Below the pieces are notes generated by a model that did not search any database, was not told the origin of the DNA, and saw nothing but the letters and a program-made list of their open reading frames with translations. Positions 1 through 9,973 of a stretch of 21,005 bases of DNA are shown one piece after another. The position numbers and the translations under genes are program-made. Positions within the stretch are counted from its first letter, which is position 1. Each line of letters begins with the position of its first letter. This DNA comes from Chlorokybus atmophyticus. Its lineage: Eukaryota; Plantae; Mesostigma and Chlorokybus algae. The stretch is taken from NCBI GenBank assembly GCA_009103225.1, contig RHPI01002738.1, forward strand, positions 19,416-40,420. Reading direction: 5' to 3'.

Positions 1-1
1 T

Positions 2-160
2 GCGTGGCAAACAGCGCTGGGAGTGCCATGGATGACCTCGGCCGTTTCCATAGCGAATGCAGTTCCTCCCGCAATGGCGGAGTGCATAGGGCGTCTCATG
101 CTTGAAACAATGGATATGCGCTGTGACTACCCTCCTGTGTCATGGAACTATGAGGCTTGA
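2..160 (+). CDS. 3' end (partial, 52 aa) of a probable C5-cytosine DNA methyltransferase; gene starts upstream of the window
   Basis: Frame +2 reads AWQTALGVPWMTSAVSIANAVPPAMAECIGRLMLETMDMRCDYPPVSWNYEA*, with TGA at 158-160. ANAVPP..A..IG..L matches C5-MTase motif X (GNAVPP..A..IG..L). The preceding W..ALGVPWMT resembles the W..AMGIDWMT segment of phage/bacterial-type C5 MTases. The catalytic PC motif is outside the window. Not listed in the ORF track. Confidence 0.62.
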   Translation, partial: AWQTALGVPWMTSAVSIANAVPPAMAECIGRLMLETMDMRCDYPPVSWNYEA

Positions 161-363
161 GTGTGGTGCACTGTATTGATGCTTAATGCCACACGGCGGA
201 CTGATTGTTGAATGTTGCATGGATCATTCGATTGTGGTGACAGTTGTGCAGTGACAGCTGCCCGGTATTGTACACGTCCACATGCAAAAGTCTTAGCATA
301 CGATTAGCAATGCCTAACTGACTGATATGCTCCAAACTGAGAGTAGTGAGACAAGTACATGTG

Positions 364-3300
364 TCACGTGGAAGTGCAGTGAACGTTCACCCAATACTTG
401 CCCTCTTGTACACGGGCGCTGTCCTTGTCAAACATGGGGAGCAGCTGGACAATGCCTTTTACTTGCTCCAGAGTCACGACATCGAAATGTGGACCGCCTC
501 GACGCTTTTCCCATTCCAGAGCGATGCACTTTGTGTCGCTCGTCACATCCAGCTTCGTGTACCAGCGAACAAACACGACGTCCTTCCACACGCGCTCGCC
601 GCTACCACCCCACACCACCACGCGCAGAAAAAGGAGTGCCTGAGCCCACCACGTCACGTTCACACCGTCCTCATCACCTTCCAACTCAAGTGTAGAGAAC
701 CAAGGCCGCCCATGGAACATCCCAGTTGCGCGCGCCATGCTGACTCCTGATGTCATGTACACCGCTGCGCCTCCGTTCACCACGCGAACAGCACGCCACC
801 CGTCGGCCAGCTCCAGTTGTTCCCTCCTCAACCAGCTGTCCAGGGTGGCAGGCAGCTTGTCGGCAAATGGAGTCTTCAAGGCGACTTGGCGGCTACGCGC
901 AGATCCGCTCCAGTACGGGCTGGACTCCCTCCTTGTCAGCACATCCATCCGTAGCAACTTGTCCGTCTTCTCCATGACATTACAGCACTGCTGCCGCGCC
1001 TGCGCCATGACCGAGCGCATCTCGGGATCCACGACCATGCCATCCTCTCTCACATATTCCGCACAGCTCCATGCCTTCAGGATACGTGCCTGGTAGTCCC
1101 GGTTGTTGCCACCACGCGCCCACCGTTTGATATTTTGGGCGTGCGTCTGCTCCATGCGGTTGGCGCTGAACCAATTTGGGTGTCCACTGCTGACAATTGC
1201 CGGCCCAAAATGAGTGAGCTGATGCATCTTCTCGATCTTCCAACCTGACTTCTGTGCAGAATATGACGACAGTAGCGGATGCAACACTGCAGCTTTGAAG
1301 GCAGCCAGCTCGTTGTCGGCTGTGGTCAGGGTCTCTCTTGTGTGTTCATGCGCCTTCAGCAACATCTGGTTCCACTGGGCAAGCGATGCGGCAGCAATGG
1401 TGAAGAAATCGTTGCCCTCACTGTCGAGCAGCAAACCGTCTGCGAGGACCGGCAGCAGCTGCAGCACCGCCACTTTCTCCACCACCTGAAAGGAGTGGTC
1501 GGACAGGAAGAAATCTACTGTGCTTGTGGGTGCCTTGAAGTGCGAAACCCGCAGAGTCGCCTTGCATGCATTCAGCCTGTGCACATCTGCTCGTGAGCAC
1601 GTGTTGTTGGCTTTTGTGTTCAACACAAAAGCAACACCAAAGACGTGCCTGGCCTGCAGAATCTGTCTCGTGGAAGGACGCATTCGTTCCTTCGCGGCGT
1701 CGTACACAGCAGCAAGCAGGTGGTCAATGATGCCTCCCAGCACATGCATTGCGTCAGGGGCAAGACGAGAGTAGCAGTCAGCTCCCGGCACCCGCGACTG
1801 TTGCCAACCCCACAGTGCATTCTGTTGCCAAACCACATTGCCTGGTTTCACGGAAAGCCATTCATCCTCACAAATGCCGGTAATTTGACCATTACCTCCT
1901 CGACATGCATGGAGTGCTGCTCTTTGAAAGCCTTGGCTGTCTGGCGTGCATTCCTAACACCGCTATGCAGGTCCGCCCGCAGCTGACGTATTGCTGGTGT
2001 GTAGAAGGCCTCGGTTCTCAATTCCCGGTCCTCATCCATCTCCAACCGATCTGATTAGGTGACGAGACAAACATCGCAAGGATGTCGTGTTTGGTTGCCC
2101 GACACAGTGCGTGCGATTGTGGCAGTCTCCTACAACACGACAAACTCAGATGTTCTACTGACAACATCCTCCATGCACTGTTTGCTGGCGGGCTGCATCC
2201 GGTTACAACCATTCATGCCCACTACCTGCAAATCGCTGATGTAGTTGGCAAGCGCGGGAAACACACGACGCTCGATGCCATTCGGGTCGATGAGCTGCAG
2301 ACCTTCCCAACTCGCCCGCTTCACATCCCCTAACACTACATTCAAAGCGTCATGAAAAATCTCACGTTTCCGAATGGAGAACGATTCCTTGCCCTGCGCC
2401 CAGGTGGGATGCCCGGCCACTGCGTGAACCACCGGCAGAAGCGCTATCATAACAACCCCCATGTTGCTAGCATACATGTCCCAACTGTAGTTGGCAAGCG
2501 ATGCCATCGAAGGGTAGCCAGAGCGCTTGCCCGCGCTGTCCAGCGTGGTCTTGTCACTGTACAGAATGGCAGGCGCCAAGTAGGACGCATCCCCCACCTC
2601 TCTCCTCAAATCCACCTCCACATCCTTCCACCAATCGCCCGTGGAAGGATGGCCAAAGCTGTGCTCGTCACCAGTGTACTGGAGATTGAAGCCATTGGCG
2701 GCATGTGGATTGCCATACAACCGCGCGAGCCATACCTGCTCCGACCAAGAGCATTACTTACTATGCTGGCCTCAGAATAGATACTGCATCGATACTGCAT
2801 TAGGTACTGCATTTCACAGACCTTGGCCGGCATATATGTGACGCAGATGTCCCGATCCTCAGGGTCTCCAGGCTTGCGCAAGTCAGCCGTCACGTAGTTC
2901 TGATACGGCAGCACACTCGCATGTGCATATGTGACATGGCTCTGATAGTTGAAGCACATGCACCGCACACCGTGAACACACCTCAGACTGAGAGAAAGCA
3001 ATCGTGGTCCGGAGGTAGCTGGCCGCATGCACACCGGTCTCCCACTGGAGCTCTTCCGTCAGGAAGTGTGCATTTTGGATGCACTTGATGATCCGCCCCA
3101 TGTCGGAGGCCGACAGGCCTTGGCCGTTGTTGCACTGCACGAATGCCACTGCAAGAGCATGCTCCGAGCCATACCACCTGAATTCCGACGCGTGCGAAGG
3201 GACGCCTGCACTTCCATGTTGGCGTGCCACTGGTTTCTTAGGCACACGCACACATCGAAAGCCCTCGTTCACTTCCTCCTCCTCCTGTTGCTGCTGTGCG

Positions 3301-3506
3301 TGTGTCTCCTGGAGGAATCCTTCAGCATCAAGCATGTGAGCATCCTGGATCGAACTCCCCGGTTCAACATGATCCGCATCGTACTGTAATGGACGCTGGC
3401 CGACATACAGCTTGATCTGCTTGCGAACCCTGCTGCTAATAATGTGCATGTAGACCGAGCTGCGTGTGGCAAAGCGCATGTGGCAATACGGACAAAGGAC
3501 TCCCAT
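364..3506 (-). pseudogene. Plavaka-family DNA transposase (spliced, about 948 codons) with N-terminal zinc finger and one in-frame TAA
   Basis: Reconstructed exons 3506-2982, 2941-2822, 2735-2226, 2129-1896 and 1821-364 are joined by phase-0 GT-AG introns of 40, 86, 96 and 74 nt (the 40-nt intron is the least certain). The product has CPYC..F.....VYMH at the N-terminus and Plavaka motifs GHPSTGDWW, PAILYSDKT, REIFHDAL, YISDLQE...CDVC, PDAMH...HL, KMHQLTHF..I...G....S....E..H...IK and ARAT..FHGRPWFS...VFVRWY. A single TAA lies at 2057-2055. Confidence 0.85.
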
Positions 3507-3573
3507 ATCTCACTACTAATGTCGACACAGGTGTCGCCAATGTAACCTGCATCATATCCAGCAACACGCACAC

Positions 3574-3616
3574 CCGCCGCCGCCGCCGCCGCCGCCACCG
3601 CCACCGCTACCGCTAC
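3574..3616 (+). repeat. (CCG)n microsatellite grading into CCACCG/CTACCG hexamers, upstream of the transposase start codon
   Basis: Read directly: ccgccgccgccgccgccgccaccgccaccgctaccgctacc. Confidence 0.85.
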
Positions 3617-3663
3617 CCTTGCATGCCAGAGGCGGGAAACTTGGCCGCCAGTCACTGGCTCCG

Positions 3664-3857
3664 TCGTACCATTATAATGGTACGAACGAGCCATTGCACG
3701 TCCAGGGTGAGTCTCTGGATATTTTTATATACATATATATTCTGATTGAACCGTTTCAATGGTACGAAGATGCCTTTGCCAAAAGGTATAGGCATTGTAC
3801 AAAGGTACCATTGAAATGGTACCTTTGTACAATGGCAATGGCAGTTCGTACCATTGA
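3664..3857. repeat. Palindrome/hairpin array built from an AATGGTAC(G/C) core
   Basis: A perfect 22-bp palindrome TCGTACCATTATAATGGTACGA at 3664-3685. A 20-bp-stem hairpin CATTGTACAAAGGTACCATT-GA-AATGGTACCTTTGTACAATG at 3793-3834. Outer inverted arms TCAATGGTACGAA (3756-3768) and TTCGTACCATTGA (3845-3857). Confidence 0.9.
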
Positions 3858-4015
3858 CAACTCTGGCAATGTCAGTCCCCCTGCGCATGAAAACACCATT
3901 GATAGCTCCGCCAAGCTATGCCCTTACAGGGGCGTGATGCCGAGGGTATGTGGCGTTTGGAAGATCGTTGGCGGCGCTGCCAGGGGCGTAGTGGGCATTG
4001 TGGTCGAGGTCCGGG

Positions 4016-4871
4016 ATGAATTCCATGTTCGCACAGGGCGGGCAGGGTGCCGGAGGGGTGTCCTCGGTGTCAAACCCCACCAAGACTACCAAGGGCACAT
4101 CCAATGACAACAGTGACTCGGGCGATATCTTACAGGGCTCCCCCTCCGAGTGGGCAAAGGCACACCACAATACTGCCTCTAAGAAAATCCGACCCACCAG
4201 CAGCTGCGACCACGGCGACATGATTGAAGGGACCAAACAAGACTGGCATAACCAAGGTGGGTTACGATGCACTGTCAATGCCACATGCTAGGGTTCTTTT
4301 ATCTTGCACATGCACAGCCTCAAGTATCTTGCACTTGACATACATTGTCAATACGACATGCACACCCTCATGCACAACCTCCAGTGTCATGCACATGAAC
4401 AGCATGACCAATCTCGCAAATGCACAGCCTATTTCTACTTGCGGGAGCTCACAAGTCGCAAAAGAGAAGCTGCGGAGTCAAACGAACGGGTAATCTATGA
4501 CCTAGTTTAATGTTTCCAGCGGTAATTAAGCAGTATGCTTGCAGATTGCCATGTTGGTCAGAGTGAACCAAGAGCAGCGCGGCAGGCTGACTGTCTGCCT
4601 GGCGGAGTGCAACAAAGCGGAAGACGAGGTAAGCGTGTGTATGCTGATGGGCTAGTCCTCTGGCAGCACGCCACTCTTACAGCATTACCAAATGCAGGTG
4701 GTCACTCTCAAAGCGACCATCAAGCGCATGCGCGTGCACGGCGAGGCGCTGACATTCAAGCTGAAAGACGAAGTAGCCGCTGTACTGTCAGCGAGCGAGG
4801 CAGCGGATGAAGATGACTCCGGCGTTGAAGCAGAAGACTCGTCGGAGGAGGAACAGGAGGAGGGGGTTTGA
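4016..4871 (+). CDS. Hypothetical four-exon protein (186 aa): low-complexity N-terminus, predicted coiled coil, acidic C-terminal tail
   Basis: Exons 4016-4256, 4428-4489, 4545-4628 and 4698-4871, with GT-AG introns of 171, 55 and 69 nt (phases 1, 0, 0), give one open frame: ...TKQDWHNQ|AYFYLRELTSRKREAAESNER|IAMLVRVNQEQRGRLTVCLAECNKAEDE|VVTLKATIKRMRVHGEALTFKLKDEVAAVLSASEAADEDDSGVEAEDSSEEEQEEGV*. The third donor is a canonical AG|GTAAG. The start codon is uncertain. Confidence 0.6.
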
Positions 4872-6022
4872 GGAGGAGTTCTGAGGCAGGCACCACGGGT
4901 TGACAAGCTGCGCATGAGTCCGACAGCTAGACTCAATGTTATAGGATAGTTTCATGCGCAAGTTGGCTGCTCAGTTGTAAGTGGACATACTCTCACCACT
5001 GCCCGTACATTGTATATATTGTAGGCTTTTAGGTGCAAGACCAAACAATCAGTCCAAGGTTTGTACAAGCTGCATGGCATGTCAGTGTTGGCTTACGGCA
5101 AGAATTGCCAACTTTTGTCAAATGGCAAGGGCACATATTAACAGCAGTGTAACGGCAAAGAAACTGCCGGCTATTGCTGTCAGCTGTCCGTAACTACCGG
5201 TCAACGGCCGTCTGTGCACATCGACCAAAGGGTAACTGGTTGACAACTCTCGGCCGGTTAGTGCCACTGACAACCACTTTCGGCCCGCGGCCGTCTGCGT
5301 CAGTCCACTTAAGCCAACGGCAAACCCAACAGTCCAAAAGTAATATTTCAGGCAGGCTCAGGCAGGCTCAGGCACCAGTCAGTCCCTCAGTTCTTAGTCA
5401 GTCACCGTGTAAAATTTGACTAGTAGTCGGCATACCGTGCAATACCACAGTGACAACCTAAGTGACAACATATGAAGCGGCGACGACGAAGTCACACTTA
5501 TTGATGTATTCTACCTGCAACATAAAGACAAAATACAAGCACATGCCCCCCCAAAAAAGGTAGCTCTTGGGATGGGGTAGCGCGCGTAATATTGTGATAA
5601 TAGCACTTGAGGTTGTGACGGGAGTTATGCCCACCAACGGTGACGCACTATGTATATATTGCGTCATCGTTGCAACGAGCATATATATATGCATCGTCAC
5701 GCACATCCTCTATAGACAGTTTCATGTTGATGATCAATGTCAGCATACCAATCACTGAAGGGGTTCACAAGTTGCAAAGCACGCTCAAGCATCTTGTTGC
5801 TATAACTTGTGAGCCATCGCGTGGATTCGCGTGCGGATTGTTTCAAAGCAAGTGTCTGGTGAAAAGGTGTGTGGAGAGCTCTTGTTTAAGCTGAATACTT
5901 TACTTTAAGCACTTGAAACTTGACGAGGCAAAATCAGTAAATTTGAACACTTCTGAAGTGCACAACTTGTGTGTTTGCGCACTTGCGCACTTCCATTATT
6001 GACAGCTTGTGTCGTTGGGCAG

Positions 6023-7466
6023 ATGTCTGATTAAGGAGAAGAAGGTGTGGGGTATCCTTCCATGGCTGATAAGTCAACATCATACTGGCCATTTAGTGAT
6101 GAGGAAGTGAAGGACTCGGACACGAGTGAAAGCTATAAGCTTACCGGCGGTGATAAGGAAGGAAAAGGCACGCAGAAGAGCGATGCTTTTCGCAACCAAT
6201 CTTCTCAAGGTGAACCAATCGACACTCAGAGTGTCATTGGCAGGGCCATTAAGAGATATGCCTCAGAGTGTAAGGCTCTACTACTTGCTGCCCACTCTCA
6301 CCTTCGTCAGGAAACATGGGATGCATGGGCGTAAAAGGTTTGTAATGGATGAGACAGACTTTGCCACACTCCCTCGCGCAAGCAAGGAGATGGTGATCCG
6401 CATCCTTTAGCACGAGTTGATGAACCACATCCCGCCACTCGTGAGAGGTGATCCGAAAGTGGCTGGTCTCATGACCATATATTATAAGCCACTTCCATAC
6501 GAAGGGAAGTGCATGGCATTTGAGGCCTTGGCCAACTTAGTGGTGGAAACCTCACAGCGTTGTAAGGACGTGTTCTGATACTTGAGACCTGACTTGGAAC
6601 ACAAGTTGACAGGCCGAGTAAAGTTGGCGGCACGCCTCCATGATATGCGGTCTGAGTTGGTGGCACTACGCCAACAGGTGGTGCATTAGCAGGGCTGCCG
6701 ATGAAGCGCTGAACAAGCTTGAGAAGTTGAAGCCCAACAACAGTGTCAGCATCCATGACTGGGTGGTCATTGTTGAGCACTATTTGACAGCATTAAAGCG
6801 CCCAATTGGTGAGCATATTGATGTTGCCGAGTTGCTCATGCCACAACGCTCTAGCTAAGTGGGCAAGGCAGAAAGAGAATGGTGCGGCCAAGACAATGGA
6901 AGCGCTATTAAAGGAAGCGCTATTGAAGTTCCTGTGGAGCGCTATGGTGGCATGGACCCGCCTACTCAGGCTCGCAACAAGCTCAACAAGTTGAGACAAA
7001 ATGGCCGGGCGGCTTCAACCTACCTGCAAGAGTTTCAAGCATTGGTGGGTTGCATGAACAGTGGCCTTATGCCCATGAACAAGGCTGAACAGTTTGAGTT
7101 ATACAAGCGCGACTTGGATGCGTGTGTGCGCCATCAGCTGCAATACAACACGGCAACGGGACTTCCTTGGGTTTTTAAAAGACTTGGCCAACCTGCAGAA
7201 GTTGAGCGTGTATATGTATAGTGATAACACAGCGGTACAGAGAAGGCACATGTGGCAGCGACCAAGCCACAGGGGGTGGGAGGAAAGCGCCACTCTCAGC
7301 GAAGTGCGCACACGGCAAAGAAGGCGAAGACATGTCTCATGCTGGTGGCACATCTGCTAGTGGTGCTACACCTGCTGCGGCTCCCACTTGTTATGTCTGT
7401 CATCAGCTGGGCCGCGTTGCGAAAAGTTGCCCCGCCAAGAAGGGCAAGGCCAAGAAGGTTGAATAG
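6023..7466 (+). pseudogene. gag: gag of element A (retrotransposon gag domain plus CCHC-type zinc knuckle), broken
   Basis: Fragments EKLKPNNSVSIHDWVVIVEHYL, ERYGGMDPPTQARNKLNKLRQNG and CYVCHQLGRVAKSC...KAKKVE* align to the gag of B. The ATG at 6023 corresponds to the ATG at 20292 in B. Confidence 0.85.
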
Positions 7467-7758
7467 GAATACGCCGTGACTGATGTAGATGCGGTTGATA
7501 GCTAGTTGCTTGAGATGCAAGCAGCAAGCTGGATTTATGATCTGTCCCAAGTGCATGTAATGACACATGCATGGCAAGCACATAACAAATTGCCACTCGC
7601 TGATGTTGAAAAAGTAGAAGAGAATGCTTGTGTGCTGGTACATATGGAGTTAACATGCTGACCGATGTGTTGCATTAACTGAGTTGTAAAATAAGTACGG
7701 GACCTTGAGTATGGTGGTGATGGTGCCCGAGTATCATGGCCCATGGTTAAAGCATACT

Positions 7759-7823
7759 GGGGGGGGGGGGGGGGGGGGGGNNNNNNNNNNNNNNNNNNNN
7801 NNNNNGGGGGGGGGGGGGGGGGG
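7759..7823 (+). other. Poly-G tract containing a 25-N assembly gap
   Basis: G at 7759-7780, N at 7781-7805, G at 7806-7823. The homologous site in B has only 5 G (C run at 18521-18525). Confidence 0.9.
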
Positions 7824-8602
7824 CTGTATTTGAGCAATTCAGCAAGCGTGAAACAGGGACAGTGCGGTTGTCAGCATATTAATCAACCTGCGCATTTGCC
7901 ACAGGATCTTGGCTACATTTCAGGGACGGGTGGTACCTTTGTTGTAGACGATGGTGGCACAATGCAGGGTGTAAACAGTTTGTTCTTGATTGACACTGGT
8001 GCAACACACAACTTCGTTGAGGAACAATGGGTTGTGCGCGACAAGACACCGTGCAAACCCTCAGCATTTTCAGCTGCCGATGCCGGGGTGCGTTGGCAGT
8101 GAAAGGGGAGATAAAAATGAAGGTTGAGATTGGTAATTATCATGCCACTCTTACTTTCATAGTAGTATCCATCGACATATCAGGTGTTGGTGTGGTTTTA
8201 GGAGAAGAATGGCAGGAGAATGTTAAAATGACATTGTACGCTGGCGCACGCTTGTGCACAGTAAAGCAAAGTCGTAAGCGTGTAACTTAACTTGTTGAAC
8301 ATTGTCTGTGAGAGGGTCGCATAGCTTGGAGCACAAGCAGCTTGACCCTGCGCAACTCGTTGCACTGCAAGTGAAACGTGCGTTGCGCAAAAACACACTG
8401 GCTTTTCCGGTACACTTCATGTCGTCGGATGACTTTGTGCCGGGCAATATAGAAGGTGGTGCGGACATCACTGACAAGTACCAAGATGTGTTTTACGATG
8501 ACTTGCCAGGCTTACCTGATCGAGGTGTCGAACACACAATACCACTCATTCCTAATATCGAGCCTCCGTTTCAGCCTATATATAGGCTGAGCCCTAGAAG
8601 GC

Positions 8603-8643
8603 GGGGGGGGGGGGGGGGGGANGGGGGGGGGGGGGGGGGGGGG
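8603..8643 (+). other. Second poly-G tract with an ambiguous base
   Basis: G at 8603-8620, A-N at 8621-8622, G at 8623-8643. The homologous site in B has 6 G (C run at 17742-17747). Confidence 0.9.
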
Positions 8644-9960
8644 CATAAAAACTCAAATCAAGAAGTTCAGCAGGCAGCAATCATCATCAATTACGGGATG
8701 TAGACACGTGTGACAAATGCCAGCGTAACAAGCCGTTACGTTGCAGAAATTCGCTGGTTTGCTGCAACCATTGCATGTTCCTGATGGCAAATGGGAAAGT
8801 GTGAGTATGGGCTTTATTACTGAGCTCCTAGAGATAGCAAAAGGTCACACTGTGGTTGCAGTTTTTGTGGACCGTTCAACAAAAATGGTTCACATTGTCC
8901 CTTGTCGCACGAAGATAGGCTCCCGTGAGATGGAGATGGATTTTGTCGTGTCTGTGTTAAATATGCATGGCTTGCCTCGCAACTTTGTGTTCGATCGCGA
9001 TCCACAATCCAAAGGTCGTCATGCAGCTTCTTACATTTTCAACAAAATGTGAGCTTACCATCTGCAGACGGATGGTCAGACAAAACGCTTTCATCAAGTT
9101 ATTGAGGAAACCATTCAGCACTATGTGAGTGCGAATTGAAGTGATGGGGATATTTATCTCCCGATGGCTAAGTTCGCAATCAATAATGTATGACATGAGA
9201 GTGTGCAGGAAACTCCGTTTTTGTTGAATTACGGAGTGCATCCGTTGAGTCCTGCAAACAAGTTGCCCGCTACCGACATACATAACTTGCGTACCTGCTG
9301 CATGCGAGATGGCTTCGGCCACGCAGGACATGTTAGCATTGGCAAAGGACTGTCTGCGCGCAGCGTTGGATAGTAAAAAGCCCAAGCTGATGCGCATCGT
9401 AGAGAGGCCAGCTACGATGTGGGCTGTTTGGTGCTTCTCAGTATCAAAAAAATATCCATTGGAGGAGTGGGTACTCGCAAGTTTTTCCTCGCTGAATAGG
9501 CCCTTTCAAGTGATTGATTGGGTCGGCACTTACGCGTATCGGTTAGACTTGCCAAATCGATACGCATTAATAATGTGTTTTATGTGAGTGTATTGAAACC
9601 GTATCGTTCTGACGGTCGGGTTCAACCTCCTCCACCCCTCGTTGCAGTGGATGGCGACGAAACTTTCACATATGAGGTGGAAGCAATCTTGAATCACCGT
9701 AAGCCTCGATGCGGAGGCGCGCCGTCTTACTGGGTGAAATGGAAAGGGTATGGTGTCGAGCACAACACGTGGGAGCCCGAAAGGAATTTTACCAACAGCT
9801 AAGAGATTTTTTGGGGGTACTGAAGTGCTGTGTCCACACGCGGACGGTAAAAGGGTGCTGGCAGACATCTTTACCGCTTCGGCCCTAGTTCACTTACTAC
9901 TTTGGTTCTCATTGCTCATGGTGGGGCTTTGCTAACCCTTCGATGAAGACACTGAAACCT

Positions 9961-9973
9961 AAGTGGGGGGGAA
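9961..9973 (+). promoter_or_regulatory. Polypurine tract of element A
   Basis: AAGTGGGGGGGAA immediately before TGTAACGG; the same arrangement occurs in B. Confidence 0.85.

Larger units (their letters stand above)
7467..9823 (+). pseudogene. pol: pol of element A: MTase-like domain, protease, (RT/RH deleted), integrase, chromodomain; broken
   Basis: DTG protease motif near 7990. After PIYRLSP...TQIK (~8660) the sequence jumps to DTCDKCQ of integrase (~8700). Chromodomain YEVEAILNHR...YWVKWKGYGVEHNTWEPERN lies at ~9665-9800. Confidence 0.85.

Noticed and set aside
3269-3694. 141-aa minus-strand ORF with a poly-Ala/Val run as a transposase N-terminal exon
   Set aside because: It is produced by the CCG microsatellite and the palindrome. 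It is out of frame with the zinc finger, and I found no convincing splice link.
3664-3857. CRISPR-like array
   Set aside because: No regular repeat-spacer periodicity; the motifs are inverted, and the context is eukaryotic with no cas genes.
5148-5160. TGTAACGG at 5148 (and 13261) as the start of a 5' LTR for element A
   Set aside because: The match to the LTR ends after 8 bases and none of the LTR hairpins follow.
191-5410. Possible terminal inverted repeats of the Plavaka element: ACACGGCGGACTGA (191-204) versus TCAGTCACCGTGT (5398-5410)
   Set aside because: The match is short and imperfect with an indel, the flanks show no target-site duplication, and a match of this size is expected by chance.
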